A stretch of 26,566 nt of DNA, from positions 1-26,566 of the forward strand of contig CAVZPM010000021.1 in assembly GCA_963777155.1 (NCBI GenBank), read 5' to 3'. Each line of letters starts with the position of its first letter. The stretch's first letter is position 1. This stretch comes from Candidatus Bathyarchaeota archaeon (GTDB lineage Archaea; Thermoproteota; Bathyarchaeia; Bathyarchaeales; Bathycorpusculaceae). The position numbers and the translations under genes were made by a program. A model generated the notes under the pieces. That model worked only from the letters and a program-made list of their open reading frames with translations, did no database searches and was not told where the DNA came from. Shown piece by piece: positions 25,331-26,566 of this stretch.

Positions 25331-26559
25331 TTGTCTATGCAAAAATCGTATTCACGTTTACTTGGCGTAATTGGAAAACCAAACACGGGAAAATCCACTT
25401 TCTTTAGCGCTGCAACTCTAGCGGCTGTGGAAATCGCCAATTACCCCTTCACCACCATTAAGCCAAACCGAGGAGTCGGCTACGTCCGAACCAAATGCGT
25501 CCACGAAGACTTTAAGGTGCAGGACAATCCCCGAAACAGCCTCTGCATAGACGGTGCGCGCCTGGTCCCAGTGGAATTAGTCGACATAGCAGGCATCGTT
25601 CCAGGCGCCTGGGAAGGACGCGGTTTAGGTAACCAGTTCCTCGACGAAATCCGCCGAGCAGACGCCCTCATCCACGTTGTTGACGCTTCGGGCGGAACCG
25701 ACTGCGAAGGAAAAAGCTGCAAACCCGGCGAACACGACCCCTTAGAAGACATAAAGTTCCTTGAACGCGAAATAACCATGTGGATGGTAACTATCATAAA
25801 GAAAGATTGGTCAAAAATCCTAGAACCGCTGAAGCCGACAAAAAAGGCATCGCTCACCATCTTGAAGACCGCTTATCAGGGTTAAGCATAAAACGCCAAT
25901 TCATCAGCGAAGCCGCTCGGCGCGCAAACTTGAACATTGAGGCCCCAGCCTCCTGGACAGATGATGATTTCTACCGTTTCATAGACAACTTACGGAGAAT
26001 ATCTAAGCCGCTGCTTATTGTAGCCAATAAGATAGATTTGCCAACCGCCCAAGCAAATGTTGAAAGAATGAAAAAACTCGACTACATCGTTATCCCATGT
26101 TCTGCAGAAGCTGAGTTGGTACTAAGACGAGCAGCGGAGAAACAGCTGATTGATTACAAACCAGGCGACAAAGACTTCAAAATAACGCATCCGGAAAAGC
26201 TGTCGGCAGGTCAGATTAAGGCGCTTGAACAAGTAAAAGAAAAAATACTCAAAACAAACGGATCCTCGGGCGTTCAAGAAGCCCTAAACACTGCATACTT
26301 CAAACTCTTAGATATGATAACCATCTACCCAGTCGAAGACTTAGAGCATTTATCCGACTACAACGGACGGGTTCTTCCCGATGCGTACTTAGTCCCCAAA
26401 GGCACTACTGCCCACCTATTCGCATATATAATCCACAGTGAACTTGGCGAAAGCTTTCTCTATGCCGTAGACGCTCGAGACAAAAGGCGAATCGGCGAAG
26501 ATGCTATCCTAAAAGACCGAGACGTAATATCGATTGTTAGCGCTAAGAAACGCAATTAA
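25331..26559 (+). pseudogene. ychF: Archaeal YchF/OBG-family translation-associated NTPase, split by a 1-nt frameshift at about 25820 (pseudogene or assembly error)
   Basis: The first frame has GKPNTGKST, NYPFTT, DIAG...[13 protein letters not shown] and IHVVD. The second frame has KPLLIVANKID, SAEAE and the TGS-domain VLPDAYLV..GTT...FA..IH. The junction reads TCA AAA ATC CT AGA ACC GCT. Confidence 0.88.
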
Positions 26560-26566
26560 CCTTTAG

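Overview
Archaeal chromosomal segment of about 42-45% GC (estimated by eye). Gene content suggests TACK, most likely Bathyarchaeia; this is inference only. It carries: (i) an exosortase/archaeosortase-family transpeptidase fused to a Zn-ribbon, an EpsI-like domain and a C-terminal wHTH-like domain, plus two candidate substrates ending in VIPEY- or VPEL-TM-basic tails; (ii) a PolB3-type DNA polymerase with intact polymerase motifs but degenerate proofreading motifs, convergent with archaeal dnaG, whose frame extends 135 codons beyond the ORF call and appears to start at ACG, followed by an orphan ParB-like gene; (iii) an HTH-10 regulator divergent from a 1366-aa MMPL transporter with internal repeats, with palindromic operator candidates; (iv) a redox cluster of FrhB-CBS, DUF1622-like protein, NfnAB/SudAB and a degenerate peroxiredoxin fused to a cytidylate-kinase-like domain; (v) an MFS transporter, an S53 peptidase and a frameshifted YchF/OBG-family NTPase. 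No rRNA, tRNA, CRISPR array, transposase or integrase was seen. Family calls come from motif recognition, not database searches.
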